Part shown: piece by piece, positions 34,677 through 48,665 of the stretch
How the letters are laid out: every line of letters begins with the position of its first letter
Numbering within the stretch: position 1 is the stretch's first letter
Assembly: GCA_963724265.1 (NCBI GenBank)
Contig: CAVRTU010000005.1
Span: 638,041-702,040 of the forward strand
Source: an uncultured Gemmatimonadales bacterium
GTDB lineage: Bacteria > Gemmatimonadota > Gemmatimonadetes > Gemmatimonadales > GWC2-71-9
Direction of reading: 5' to 3'
Length of the DNA: 64,000 bases
Notes under the pieces: generated by a model
Seen by the model: only the letters and a program-made list of their open reading frames with translations
Told to the model about the DNA's origin: nothing
The model's database searches: none
Made by a program: the position numbers and the translations under genes

Positions 34677-36134
34677 CAGCGCACCTCCGCGGCGGCCGGG
34701 ATGACGGCCTCGAGCGCCGCCGCGGTGGACAGCAGCCCGGCCTCCGCGAAGTCGGGTCCGATCAGCTGCAGGCCGACCGGCAGTCCCTCGGAGAGGCCGA
34801 CCGGCAGGCTCAGCGCCGGCAGCCCGGCCAGGCTCACCGCGCAGACGAAGATGTCGGCCAGGTACATCGCCACCGGGTCGGAGGTCTTGTCACCGGCCTT
34901 GAAGGCGGGAGTCGGCGTCGTCGGCGTCAGCAGGAAGTCGGCGCCCTGGCGCTCGAAGGCGGCGCGGAAATCCTGCGCGATCAGGGCGCGGACCTGCTGC
35001 GCCTTCCGATAGTAGGCGTCGTAGTAGCCCGAGCTCAGCACGTAGGTGCCGATCAGGATCCGGCGCCGCACCTCGGCGCCGAACCCCTCGCCGCGGGTGG
35101 CCTGGTAGAGGGCGCGCAGGTCGCCGCCGGGCGGGCTCTTGCGCGGCCCGTACCGGACGCCGTCGAACCGGGCGAGGTTGGCCGCCGCCTCGGCCGGCGC
35201 CACGATGTAGTAGGTCGGCACCGCGTACTTCGAGTGGGGCAGCGACACCTCCTTCACCTCGCCGCCCAGCGCCTTGATCTGTGCCACGGCGCGATCGAGC
35301 GCGGCCCGCACGCCGCCGTCGAGATCGGCCGGGAAGTACTCCCTCGGCATCCCGAAGGTCAGCCCCTTGAGATCGGAGCGCGGCGGCTGCGAGCTCGAGC
35401 GGCGGCAGCCTGGCGGTCGTCGCATCGTAGGGGTCGTGGCCGCTGATCGTGGCGAGCACCCGCGCGGCGTCGTCCACCTTGCGGCCGAAGACGCTGATGC
35501 AGTCGAGCGACGAGCCGAACGCCACCAGGCCGAAGCGGCTCACCCGGCCGTAGGTCGGCTTGACGCCGACGATGCCGCAGAAGCTCGCGGGCTGACGCAC
35601 CGAGCCGCCGGTCTCGGAGCCGAGCGCCGCCGGGACGACGCCGGCCGCCACCAGCGCCGCGCTCCCGCCGGACGATCCGCCCGGCACCCGGTCGGGGTGG
35701 GTCGGATGCCGGACCCGCCCGAAGGCGGAGTGCTCGGTCGACGAGCCCATGGCGAACTCGTCCATGTTGGCCTTGGCGGCGATCAGCGCGCCGTGCGCGC
35801 GGAGCCGCTGCACGGCGGTGGCGTCGAACGGCGAGACGTAGCCCTCCAGGATCCGCGAGGCGCAGGTGGTCGGCTGCTCGCGGGTGACGATGTTGTCCTT
35901 GAGCACGACCGGCACCCCGGCGAGCGGCAGCGGGAGCCGGCGGGCCGACGCGGCCCGGATGGTCTCGTCGGCGCGCTTCGCCTCGGCGTCGAGCAGCTCG
36001 GGCGACCAGTGCAGGGTCGCATTCAGGCCCTCGCGCTCGACCCGCGCCAGGTGGGCGGCGGTCTCCCGCGAGCCCTGGTCGGCGGTGCGACGCCCGCCGG
36101 CCACCGCCTCCGCGATGCCGGCGACCGCGCTCAT
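34676..36134 (-). CDS. gatA: Glutamyl-tRNA(Gln) amidotransferase subunit A; one frame break
   Basis: [76 protein letters not shown] (34890..36272 frame), then [47 protein letters not shown] (34676..35425). 1459 nt = 3n+1. 1-nt stop/start overlap with gatB. Confidence 0.9.
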
Positions 36135-36432
36135 GCCTCCTCCATGGCGCCGAGCCGGGGCACGAGGAAGAGGCCGTCGCGGAACTCGGGCGCGATCTGC
36201 TCTGGGGTCCGGCCCAGCGGAACGGGCGCGATCACGTCCTCGCGCAGCGTGACCTGGGCCGGGCCCGGCCACGAACGGAGGCGCCTGCTTCGCCGGCGGG
36301 CACCTCGTTGAGCTGGGCCACGAAGTCCACGATCCGGTCCAACTGCTCGACCAGCGTGGGCACGTCGGCGTCGGCCACCGCCAGTTCCGCCAGCCGGGCC
36401 ACGTGCAGCACTTCCTTCCTGCCGATGCTCAT
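36131..36432 (-). CDS. gatC: Glutamyl-tRNA(Gln) amidotransferase subunit C; one frame break
   Basis: [44 protein letters not shown], then the frame changes near 36290. ATGA overlaps at both ends (helicase stop/gatC start and gatC stop/gatA start). Confidence 0.8.
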
Positions 36433-38745
36433 GCGCTCTCCATGTCGCGCTCGAGGCCGGCGTAGGCCACGAGCAGCTGCTTGACTCCGACTTCGTCGTC
36501 GTCGAACGCGACGGCCACCTTGAGGTCCCGCCCGGTGCCGGTCAGCCCCTGGATGACGCCGCCCCCGAAGCGGCGATGCCGGACCCGTTCGCCCTTGACG
36601 TAGCGCGGGGCGTCCTGCGAAACCTCCTCGGACGGCAGGGCCCTGGACTGGCTGAGCGGTCGCGGAAGTGCGGGAGCGGTCGCGACGACTGCCCCAACCG
36701 GCGCCGCGCTGCGCCCGTCGGTAGCCCTTCCGTGCCCCTCTGCCCGCCTGCCCCAGGCCGACTCCGGCGCCCACAGCGCGCTCGTCCGCCGCTCCTCGAC
36801 CAGTTCCGGCGGCACGGCTCGCAGGAAGCGCGAGGCGCGGCCCGGCCGCAGTTCCCCGCCCCGGCGCCGGGCCCGGGCCCAGGAGAGGTACAGCTTGTCC
36901 TTGGCCCGGGTCAGCCCAACGTAGCAGAGGCGGCGCTCCTCTTCGAGGCCTCCCTCCTGCTCCTCGGCGCGGCCCAGCGGGAAGAGCCCGTCCTCCAGCC
37001 CGGCCAGCACGACGACCGGCCACTCCAGCCCCTTGGCGGTGTGGAGCGTCATCAGGGTGACGCCCTCGGTGTCGCCCGCGATCGAGTCGTGCGGAGCTGA
37101 GCAGCGCCGCCTCGGCCAGGAACCGCTCGAGCGGCGTTCCTTCCTCCTCCTCCTCGGCGACCGCCACCTCGGACCAGTCGGCCGCGCTGGCCAGCAGTTC
37201 GCGCACGTTCTCCCAGCGCTCGGCCCCCTCGGGGCCCTCCTCCATCAGGACCTTCTCGTAGTCGATGACCCGGATCACCTCCTCGAGCACCTGGGCCGGG
37301 GTCCAGGTGGCGACGTCGGCTCCCGGAGGGCATCGATCAGCGCGGCGAAGTTCCGGAAGCGCGTCGCGCACGTTGGGCCGGAGCTCGCTGACCCGGTCCG
37401 CGATCCGGGCGGTGTCGAGCAGCGGCTTCTGCCACCTGGCGCGCGCGCCTGCTGCAACACGAGCAGGCTGGTGTCGCCGAGCCCGCGCCGCGGCACCCCG
37501 ACCGCGCGGAGGAAGGCCTCGTCGTCGGCGGGATTGGCGATCAGCCGCAGGTAGGCCAGCAGGTCCTTCACCTCGCGGCGGTCGTAGAAGCTGATCGCCC
37601 CGATGATCCGGTACGGCAGCCCGGCGCGGCGCAGCGCTTCCTCGAGGGCGCGCGACTGCGCGTTGGTGCGGTAGAGGATCGCCATCTCGCGGAGGCCCCA
37701 GTCGCCGGCGGCACGTCCGGGTCGCGAGCTCCCGCGCGATCCACTCCGCCTCGTCGCGCTCGTCGGCCGCGGCGACCAGCGTGACCGGCTCCCCGCCCTG
37801 CCGCCGGGTGCGCAGGGTCTTGCCGATGCGGCCGCTGTTCTCGGCGATGACGGCGTTGGCCGCGTCGAGCACCACGCGGGTGGAGCGGTAGTTCTCCTCC
37901 AGCCGCACCAGCGCGCGTCGCCGGGAAATCCTCCTGGAAGTCCCGCATGTTGCGCACGTCGGCGCCGCGCCAGCCGTAGATCGACTGGTCGTCGTCGCCC
38001 ACCGCGCTGACGTTGCCGTGGCTGCCCAGCGCGCGGATGAGCTGGTACTGGGCCCGGTTGGTGTCCTGGAACTCGTCCACCAGCAGGAAGGGGAAGCGGC
38101 CCTGCCAGGCCCGCAGCCGATCGGGCTGCTCCCGGAAGAGCGCGAGCGGATGCAGCAGCAGGTCGTCGAAGTCCATCGCGTTGGCGCTCTTCAGCGCGCG
38201 CGGCCATCGCGCCCTGGACATCCGGCCGCCACCTGGACCATGCGGTCGAACGGCGCCCCGCGGCCAGCGCGCTCGGCATCGACCATCCGGTTCTTGGCCG
38301 AGGAGATGATCGCCTGGACCGCGCGGGGCGGAAACAGCTTGGTCGAGTGCCCCCGCTGCTCCATCAGCCGGCGGATGAGGCTGAGCCGGTCGTCCTCGTC
38401 GTAGATGGTGAACTGGCGGGTGAAGCCGAGGGCCTCGGCCTCGCGCCGGAGCAGCCGGGCCGAGAGCGAGTGGAAGGTGCCGATCCAGAGCCCGGAGGGG
38501 TCGCGGCCCAGGAGGCGGCCGATCCGCTCCTTCATTTCGCCGGCGGCCTTGTTGGTGAAGGTGACGGCGAGGATCCGGCCCGGCGCCACCCCGTGCTCGT
38601 CGATGAGCCGGGCGATCCGCGTGGTGAGGACCCGGGTCTTGCCCGGACCCGGCGCCGGCCACGACCAGCAGCGGGCCGTGCACGTGCTCGACCGCCTCCC
38701 GCTGGGCGGGATTCAGGGCCTGGAGCAGTCGCGGAGCGCCGGTCG

Positions 38746-38759
<14 letters not shown>
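36429..38759 (-). CDS. ATP-dependent DNA helicase, PcrA/UvrD/Rep family; heavily frameshifted
   Basis: LNPAQREAVEHVHGPLLVVAGAGSG(K), ILAVTFTNKAAGEMKERIGRLLG..WIGTFHSLSARLL, FLLVDEFQDTNRAQYQLIRALG..VSAVGDDDQSIYGWRGADV, LEENYRSTRVVLDAANAVI and MTLHTAKGLEWPVVVLAGLEDGLFP..EEERRLCYVGLTRAKDKLYL. Start MTSPDDRR at 38759 overlaps the kinase gene by 14 nt. Confidence 0.85.
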
Positions 38760-41199
<2,440 letters not shown>

Positions 41200-41206
41200 G
41201 GGGGCG

Positions 41207-41768
41207 CTAGAAGGTCGGCCGGCCCGGCAGCAGCGAGTGATAACCGCAGTTGCTGTCCACCAGCACCTTGAAGGTTACCTCGTGATTCACCGGGTCGAAA
41301 TCGAGGACCTGGAGTTTGCCGTAGATGGCCGAACTCAGCGAGGTGCACACCAGCGAGGAGCGCACGTAGTAGGTCTTGCCGACTTCGGCTGAGAAGGGGC
41401 GGTCGGTGATGTAGCCGTTGAGCGGCGCGGTCACCATGCTGTCGAAGGCCACCGTCGACACGATGAAGCCCGGCCGGAGCGGCGACGCGGAGGGTATGCG
41501 CAGGACCTGGGTGGTCAGGAAGACCGGAATGCCCCAGGCTGTCCACGTTGAACACGAAATCGAAGTTCGATTCGATGTCGGTGCGGACGGGACGGTCGAG
41601 CGCGACCGAGAACCCGCTCGGAGTCGTCAGCGGCGTCCCGATGATCGCCCCCAGCGTCACCGTGTCGAGGACGTTGTTGATGCTCGCCGCAGGGAGCGAA
41701 GTGTTCGGATTGCACGCGGCGGCGGCCGCCAGCACGGCGGCCGCCAGGGCCTTGAAGCGAGTGTTCAT
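41207..41768 (-). CDS. Putative lipoprotein, function unknown; one frame break
   Basis: MNTRFKALAAAVLAAAAA|C lipobox (41196..41768 frame), continuing as STVAFDSMVTAPLNGYITDRPFSAEVGKTYYVRSSLVCTSLS..VLVDSNCGYHSLLPGRPTF (41207..41461 frame). 562 nt = 3n+1. Confidence 0.5.
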
Positions 41769-41820
41769 GGGGGAGGAAGCTAAGGACGCCGACGGAAGCG
41801 GGTCAACCCACCGTCATTGC

Positions 41821-41849
41821 TTGACTTCGCCCGCATGCAGTCCTACCGT
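41821..41849 (+). promoter_or_regulatory. Candidate sigma-70-type promoter for the Roadblock-led cassette
   Basis: TTGACT - 17 nt - TACCGT, 61 nt upstream of ATG 41910 in a 141-nt divergent intergenic region. Confidence 0.3.
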
Positions 41850-41909
41850 TCTGCACCCGGCGGTCGCCGGCATTCCCCCTTCCCAGCGCCACGAGGTCCT
41901 GAGCCGCTG

Positions 41910-42264
41910 ATGCCCAGCTTGCGCGAATTCGTCCGGGGACTGGCCGCCCGCGAGGGGGTCGATGCCGTGGTCGTCGTCAGCGGCGACGGGCTCCCGATCG
42001 ACCACGCCGGGCGGCGAGGGGCTCGACGCGGAAGCGATCGCGGCCCTGACCGCGACGGTCGCCCAGGGCGCCCGAGGTCTGGGCCGCGCCCTCGAGGGTG
42101 ATCCGCTCACCACCGGCGTGCTCGAGTTCGGCGACCGCCTGGTCATCTTCTCGTCGCTGACCGACGGGCACCTCCTCTTCCTCCTTCCCACCCCGGGCTC
42201 CAACGCCGGAATCCTGCTGTACGACCTGCGACAGCACGTCTCCGCGGTTGCCGCCCTGCTCTGA
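41910..42264 (+). CDS. Roadblock/LC7 (MglB-like) domain protein; one frame break
   Basis: MPSLREFVRGLAAREGVDAVVVVSGDGLPIDHAG (41817 frame), then LDAEAIAALTATVAQGARGLGRAL..TGVLEFGDRLVIFSSLTDGHLLFLL..AGILLYDLRQ (41962 frame). 355 nt = 3n+1. Confidence 0.6.
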
Positions 42265-43292
42265 TGCGCTGGGCCGTCATCCTGGCCGGCGGCTCGGGCA
42301 CGCGATTCTGGCCCCTCAGCACGCCCGACCGCCCCAAGCAGCTCCTCCCTCTCGCCGGCCCGACCTCCACGGCTGAACAGGCGGTAGGGCGCCTGGAAGG
42401 ACTTGTTCCGCGCGAGCGGATCCTCCTGGTAACCGGCGCCGGCATCGCCAGCGCCCTGCGCGATCTGCTCCAGCTGCCTGCCGAGAACGTCCTGGTCGAG
42501 CCGCGGGCCGCGTCGACCGGGCCCGCCCTGGTCTGGGCCTCCCATGAAGCGTGGCGCCGCGATCCGGATGCCGAAGTGCTCTCCCTTCACGCCGACTGGG
42601 TGATCCGTGACGAACCCGCCTTCCGGCAGACCGCCGACGTGGCGCTCGGAATCGCCGCGGCCCACCACCGGCTGGTTACGGTCGGTATCGTCCCCACCCG
42701 CCCCGAGACCGGTTACGGATACATCGTCCCCGGCGACCGCCTCGACCGGGAGGCCCGGGCGGTACGTCGCTTCACCGAGAAGCCCGATGCCGCGACCGCA
42801 CTCGACCTGATGGCCGATGGCGCCCTCTGGAACAGCGGGCTGTTTGCCTGGCGGGCCGACCTGCTGCTGGAGGAGGTCCGGCGCCATACGCCGGAGATTG
42901 CCCCCCACCTCGACCTGCTCGACCGGGGAGACGTGGCCGGCTTCTTCCAGCGGATCACTCCCATCTCCATCGACGTCGGGGTCCTGGAACGGAGCCCGGA
43001 CGTCGCCGTGGTGCCCGGGCGATTCACCTGGGATGACGTCGGCACCTGGGATGCCCTCCCCCGGGTGCGGACCCGCGATGAACAGGGCAACGTCGCCGTC
43101 GGCCCGGTGTACTTCCACGGCGCCCAGGACTGCGTGGCCTGGAGCGATGACGAGCCGATCGTGCTCGCCGGTGTGCGCGAACTCGTCGTCGTCCGGGCCA
43201 ACGGGAGGATACTGGTCATTCCGCGGACCATGGCGGCCGACCTCAAGAGCGTGCTGGACCGCCTGCCCCGGGAAGTGAGGGACATGGAGTGA
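42264..43292 (+). CDS. Mannose-1-phosphate guanylyltransferase-like nucleotidyltransferase (no C-terminal isomerase/cupin part)
   Basis: Intact 342-aa ORF with AVILAGGSGTRFWPLS..PKQLL, GYGYI, EKPD and LWNSGLFAW motifs. ATG overlaps the Roadblock stop (TGATG). Confidence 0.75.
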   Translation: MRWAVILAGGSGTRFWPLSTPDRPKQLLPLAGPTSTAEQAVGRLEGLVPRERILLVTGAGIASALRDLLQLPAENVLVEPRAASTGPALVWASHEAWRRDPDAEVLSLHADWVIRDEPAFRQTADVALGIAAAHHRLVTVGIVPTRPETGYGYIVPGDRLDREARAVRRFTEKPDAATALDLMADGALWNSGLFAWRADLLLEEVRRHTPEIAPHLDLLDRGDVAGFFQRITPISIDVGVLERSPDVAVVPGRFTWDDVGTWDALPRVRTRDEQGNVAVGPVYFHGAQDCVAWSDDEPIVLAGVRELVVVRANGRILVIPRTMAADLKSVLDRLPREVRDME

Positions 43293-44488
43293 CCGGATCG
43301 CCGGCAGGGGGCGCCACACCGCTCTACTTGTACGACCCTCCCGCACCCGGCCCGGCATGGGCCCCCTTCAGCGCAGTCCGCCCGATCTGCGAGCTCAGAG
43401 CGGGCATCTGGCGCATCCGGGAGCGCTGGGAGGGACTGCTGCAGGCGCAGACGGCGGGGATCCTCGCGGATCACGTCGCCGGGTGGTGCGAGTTCGACGA
43501 GCCCGACGTCACCACCATCGGGGTGCTGCGGGGCCCCGCCGTCATCGGCGCCAGCTGGTTCGCCCCGTCGGGCGTTCCACCCGGGCTCGCGCCCGGCACC
43601 CGCCGCCTGACGCATGGTGGCGCCTCGGTCGGGTGGCTGGTCGCGGCTGGCGAGGAGTGGGCCGGTCCGCACGATGACGGTCCCGGGGTCGAGGTCGAGG
43701 GGTTGCCGCTCGAAGGGGCGTGGGACCTGCTGGCCGCCCTGGATGGATTCCTCCAGGCCGACTGTGCCGATTTTCACGATCAGCCCCGTGATGACATCCC
43801 CGAAGGGTCCGTCGTCCTCGGCGACCCCGTCGAGGTGATCAGCCTCGGTGCCCTGGTGGAGCCCGGCGTCGTGTTTGATGTCAGGCATGGAGCCATCATC
43901 CTCGAGGAAGGCGTCGAGGTGCGAAGCGGCACCCGGCTCGAGGGACCGCTGTACGCCGGGGCCCGCTCCCGGCTGATGGGAGGTTTCCTCCGGGCATCCG
44001 TGTTCGGCCCCTGGTCGGTGGTTCGCGGCGAGGTGTCGAGCAGCCTCTTCCTGGGCTACGCGAATAAGAGCCACGATGGATTCGTGGGCCACTCCGTGCT
44101 TGGCACCTGGGTCAATCTGGGAGCGGGAACTACCACCTCAAACCTCAAGAACACCTACGGCGAGGTGACGGTCGAGGTCGCCGGCCACCGCCTGGCCACC
44201 GGGCGCCAGTTCCTGGGCAGCCTGATCGGAGACCACGCCAAGACGGCGATCGGCACTCTGCTCTCGACCGGCACCGTCATCGGTGCCGGGGCGAATCTCT
44301 TCGGGTCCGCGCCGGTCCCCAGGTATGTGCCTCCCTTCGCCTGGGGCCACGGGGGCACCGAGCGGATGAGCGGTGAGGGATTCCTCAAGATCGCCCAGCG
44401 CGTCCTGCCGCGCCGGGGAATCGAGCTGACCGCCGGACGGCGCGAGTCGCTCGAGGCGCTGCATCGCCGCCTGGTGGCCGCCGGGTGA
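43289..44488 (+). CDS. Putative sugar nucleotidyltransferase with left-handed beta-helix (hexapeptide repeat) C-terminal half, GlmU-like
   Basis: Intact 399-aa ORF. Hexapeptide-like periodicity in LGDPVEVISLGALVEPGVVFDVRHGAIILEEGVEVRSGTRLEGPLYAG..VLGTWVNLGAGTTTSNLKN..IGDHAKTAIGTLLSTGTVIGAGANLFG. GTG overlaps the upstream stop (GTGA). Confidence 0.6.
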   Translation: MTGSPAGGATPLYLYDPPAPGPAWAPFSAVRPICELRAGIWRIRERWEGLLQAQTAGILADHVAGWCEFDEPDVTTIGVLRGPAVIGASWFAPSGVPPGLAPGTRRLTHGGASVGWLVAAGEEWAGPHDDGPGVEVEGLPLEGAWDLLAALDGFLQADCADFHDQPRDDIPEGSVVLGDPVEVISLGALVEPGVVFDVRHGAIILEEGVEVRSGTRLEGPLYAGARSRLMGGFLRASVFGPWSVVRGEVSSSLFLGYANKSHDGFVGHSVLGTWVNLGAGTTTSNLKNTYGEVTVEVAGHRLATGRQFLGSLIGDHAKTAIGTLLSTGTVIGAGANLFGSAPVPRYVPPFAWGHGGTERMSGEGFLKIAQRVLPRRGIELTAGRRESLEALHRRLVAAG

Positions 44489-45279
44489 ACACCCTCTACG
44501 TGTTCGGCTCCGGCTCCGGGGGCAACGCCCTCGCCATCCGGCATCGCGGACAGATCCTCCTGATCGACGCCGGGTTCAGCGCCCGCGAGATCCAGCGGCG
44601 GGCGGCCACCGCCGGCCTGGCGCTCGACCAGGTCGTGGGACTCGTCCTGACCCATGAGCACGGCGACCATGCCTCGGGCGCACCCCGACTCGCGAAGGAC
44701 CTGGGCATTCCGGTCCTGACCTCCGAGGGCACCTGGTCGGCGCTGCGGGGCAGATTTTCCCACGCCCCGTTCCGGCCGCTCGCGCCGATGGGCGAGGCGT
44801 CGGCGGGTTCGTTCCGCATCCAGGCCTGCGCCACGAGCCACGACGCCGCCCAGCCGATCGCCATCGCGGTGGAGGCGGAAGGGCTTCGACTCGGAGTCGC
44901 CTACGACCTTGGCCGGCCCACCGCCGCGGTACGGTGGCTCCTGGCGGGGTGCACCGCCCTGGTGATCGAGGCCAATCACGACGAGGTGATGCTGCGCACC
45001 AGCGATTACCCGGCCTCCGTGCGCGAGCGGATCTCCGGCTCGGGTGGCCACCTCTCCAATCGGGCCGCCGCCGAGCTGCTCTGCGAAATCCACCACCCGG
45101 GGCTTTCCACCGTGGTGCTGGCCCACCTCAGCGCCCGCTGCAACGACCCCGAGACGGCACGGCGCACCGTGGAACCGGCGCTCCGCGAGCGGGGATACAC
45201 CGGCTCGCTGCACGTCGCTCTCCAGGATCAGCCCCTCTCACCGATCGAGCTGGCCCAGCCCGTCGCGCCCGTCGGTTGA
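44485..45279 (+). CDS. MBL-fold metallo-hydrolase
   Basis: Intact 264-aa ORF with LLIDAGFS and VLTHEHGDHASG (HxHxDH) motifs plus a later GGHLSN. GTG overlaps the upstream stop (GTGA). Confidence 0.8.
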   Translation: MNTLYVFGSGSGGNALAIRHRGQILLIDAGFSAREIQRRAATAGLALDQVVGLVLTHEHGDHASGAPRLAKDLGIPVLTSEGTWSALRGRFSHAPFRPLAPMGEASAGSFRIQACATSHDAAQPIAIAVEAEGLRLGVAYDLGRPTAAVRWLLAGCTALVIEANHDEVMLRTSDYPASVRERISGSGGHLSNRAAAELLCEIHHPGLSTVVLAHLSARCNDPETARRTVEPALRERGYTGSLHVALQDQPLSPIELAQPVAPVG

Positions 45280-45292
45280 CCCCCACGAAACA

Positions 45293-45322
45293 GCGGCGCC
45301 CCGGCCATGGCCGGGGCGCCGC
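45293..45322. terminator. Perfect 30-nt GC palindrome between convergent genes (bidirectional terminator candidate)
   Basis: GCGGCGCCCCGGCC-AT-GGCCGGGGCGCCGC, 14 nt after the MBL stop and 21 nt before the stop of the 45343..45726 gene. No long U tract. Confidence 0.5.
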
Positions 45323-45342
45323 ATGCCTGCTACCCACCTGGT

Positions 45343-45726
45343 TCAACTCTTGTCGGGATCCGGCGGGACGGGAATCGAGTCGGGCCGGGCGGTCGGTGGC
45401 CCGAGCTTGGTAAGGGTGATCGGCTTTTCGAGGTCACCGCCTGAGAGCGTCAGCTTGTCACTGCTGACCTTGAAGTCGTAGCTCACCCACTCGCCGCCCA
45501 GGGCGAGGAGGATGGTCTTCGGCCCGGTGATCCGCCACCGCACCGTCTCGGTCCCGTAGCTCGCGCTCGAGTCGGGTCGCACGATCACGGTCCGTGGGGC
45601 GTCCTTCCGCTTGGCATCCTTGAGCGATGCCTCCCACGTGCCAAGGACGGACGGCCCCTGCGCGGCAGCGGGGAGGGCCACCGCCCCAAGCAGTCCGGCG
45701 ATCACCAGCATTGTCCTGAACGTCAC
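45343..45726 (-). CDS. Secreted hypothetical protein
   Basis: Intact 127-aa ORF with signal peptide MLVIAGLLGAVALPAAAQ|G. No family recognised. Confidence 0.5.
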   Translation of the reverse strand: MTFRTMLVIAGLLGAVALPAAAQGPSVLGTWEASLKDAKRKDAPRTVIVRPDSSASYGTETVRWRITGPKTILLALGGEWVSYDFKVSSDKLTLSGGDLEKPITLTKLGPPTARPDSIPVPPDPDKS

Positions 45727-45756
45727 CGCACCCTCCCTGAATTCGTGTGGAGTCGT

Positions 45757-46386
45757 TCAGCGCGACTTCCCGCCCAGCGGGATGCCGAGGCCGACGGCCA
45801 GCTGAATGTCATTCTGCTGCTGCGAGTTGGTCACCGTGGTGCCGCTCAGGGTCGCGTTGTAGATATAGTCATCGGCCGTGGCATACAGCTGCAGCGGGCC
45901 GAGGTGGATGCCGGCGCCGACGCTGGCCACGCCGCTCACATCGCTGGTCGACTGGACTCCGACGGTACTGAGGCTGTCGTACGCCGCGCCGCTGCGGCCG
46001 ACCACGCCCACCCCGCCGCCGATGGCAAGGTAGATCGGGCTGCTGGGCTTGATCAGGAAGACGGTCAGGCGCCCGCTCCCGAACCAGAGATCGGCGCTGC
46101 CGGTCTGGGTGGCCCCCCCAGGGGTCAGGGTGTACTGCAAGGAACTGGGCACCCAGTTGCCGGTGGCCTGGATGCCGACCCGGTCGCTGAACCAGAGGCC
46201 CAGCCGGCCACCGAGCGAAAGGGCGACTTCCTGCTTGAACGTCCCTCCGGTGGCGGCGTTGTACAGGTCCGTCGTCGGAATGTAGACGCCGATCGTCGGC
46301 GAAATCGACAAGTGCTGGGCGGCCGCCGGCGACGCCGCCGCGAGGCCGAGCCACATCGCCATCCCCAGTGCCTGACCGTATCGCAT
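45757..46386 (-). CDS. Outer-membrane beta-barrel protein (OmpW/porin-like small barrel)
   Basis: Intact. Signal peptide [16 protein letters not shown], alternating hydrophobic beta-strand pattern with Gly-rich turns. Start chosen at MRYGQ (46386); the track ORF begins at 46410. Confidence 0.55.
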   Translation of the reverse strand: MRYGQALGMAMWLGLAAASPAAAQHLSISPTIGVYIPTTDLYNAATGGTFKQEVALSLGGRLGLWFSDRVGIQATGNWVPSSLQYTLTPGGATQTGSADLWFGSGRLTVFLIKPSSPIYLAIGGGVGVVGRSGAAYDSLSTVGVQSTSDVSGVASVGAGIHLGPLQLYATADDYIYNATLSGTTVTNSQQQNDIQLAVGLGIPLGGKSR

Positions 46387-46467
46387 GTCCTCTCCGTGGG
46401 TGAGTGTCACTGAACGCTAGGGGAACGCCCACCCCTTCGCCAGTGAGCCAGGACACAGCGCCGACGC

Positions 46468-46505
46468 CACAAACGAAACGCCCCGGACCGGAGTCCGGGG
46501 CGTTT
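46468..46505 (-). terminator. Rho-independent terminator of groEL
   Basis: On the minus strand, AAACGCCCCGGAC-TCCG-GTCCGGGGCGTTT is followed by CGTTTGT, 25 nt after the groEL stop. Confidence 0.7.
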
Positions 46506-46529
46506 CCGATCAAGATTCCTGCCGGTGTG

Positions 46530-48504
<1,975 letters not shown>

Positions 48505-48563
48505 TTCCACCCTCCTGCAACGTCTGAAGTGAATTGGACAAGCCAGGCCGGAGATTCTCGGCC

Positions 48564-48590
48564 TTGGCACTTACAGGGCGTGACTGCTAA
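48564..48590 (-). promoter_or_regulatory. CIRCE operator (HrcA site), promoter-proximal copy in the groES leader
   Basis: Minus strand TTAGCAGTC-N9-AAGTGCCAA against consensus TTAGCACTC-N9-GAGTGCTAA (15/18). Confidence 0.75.
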
Positions 48591-48601
48591 CGACGGAGCC
48601 A

Positions 48602-48629
48602 ATGATAAGCCCGATTTGGCACTTGTCAA
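48602..48629 (-). promoter_or_regulatory. Candidate sigma-70-type promoter of groES-groEL
   Basis: Minus strand TTGACA - 16 nt - TATCAT. The -35 box lies inside the upstream CIRCE copy, and the second CIRCE begins 12 nt after the -10 box. Confidence 0.5.
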
Positions 48630-48642
48630 CCCTGAGTGCCAA
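48616..48642 (-). promoter_or_regulatory. CIRCE operator (HrcA site), distal copy overlapping the -35 box
   Basis: Minus strand TTGGCACTC-N9-AAGTGCCAA (15/18 to consensus). Confidence 0.7.
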
Positions 48643-48665
48643 GTCGGGCTCAAATCTGTAAATGA

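Noticed and set aside
41814-43358. 514-aa minus-strand ORF opposite the Roadblock and ManC-like genes
   Set aside because: It has no motifs and low-complexity composition. The plus strand carries an intact nucleotidyltransferase with canonical GGSGTRFWPLS and EKP motifs.
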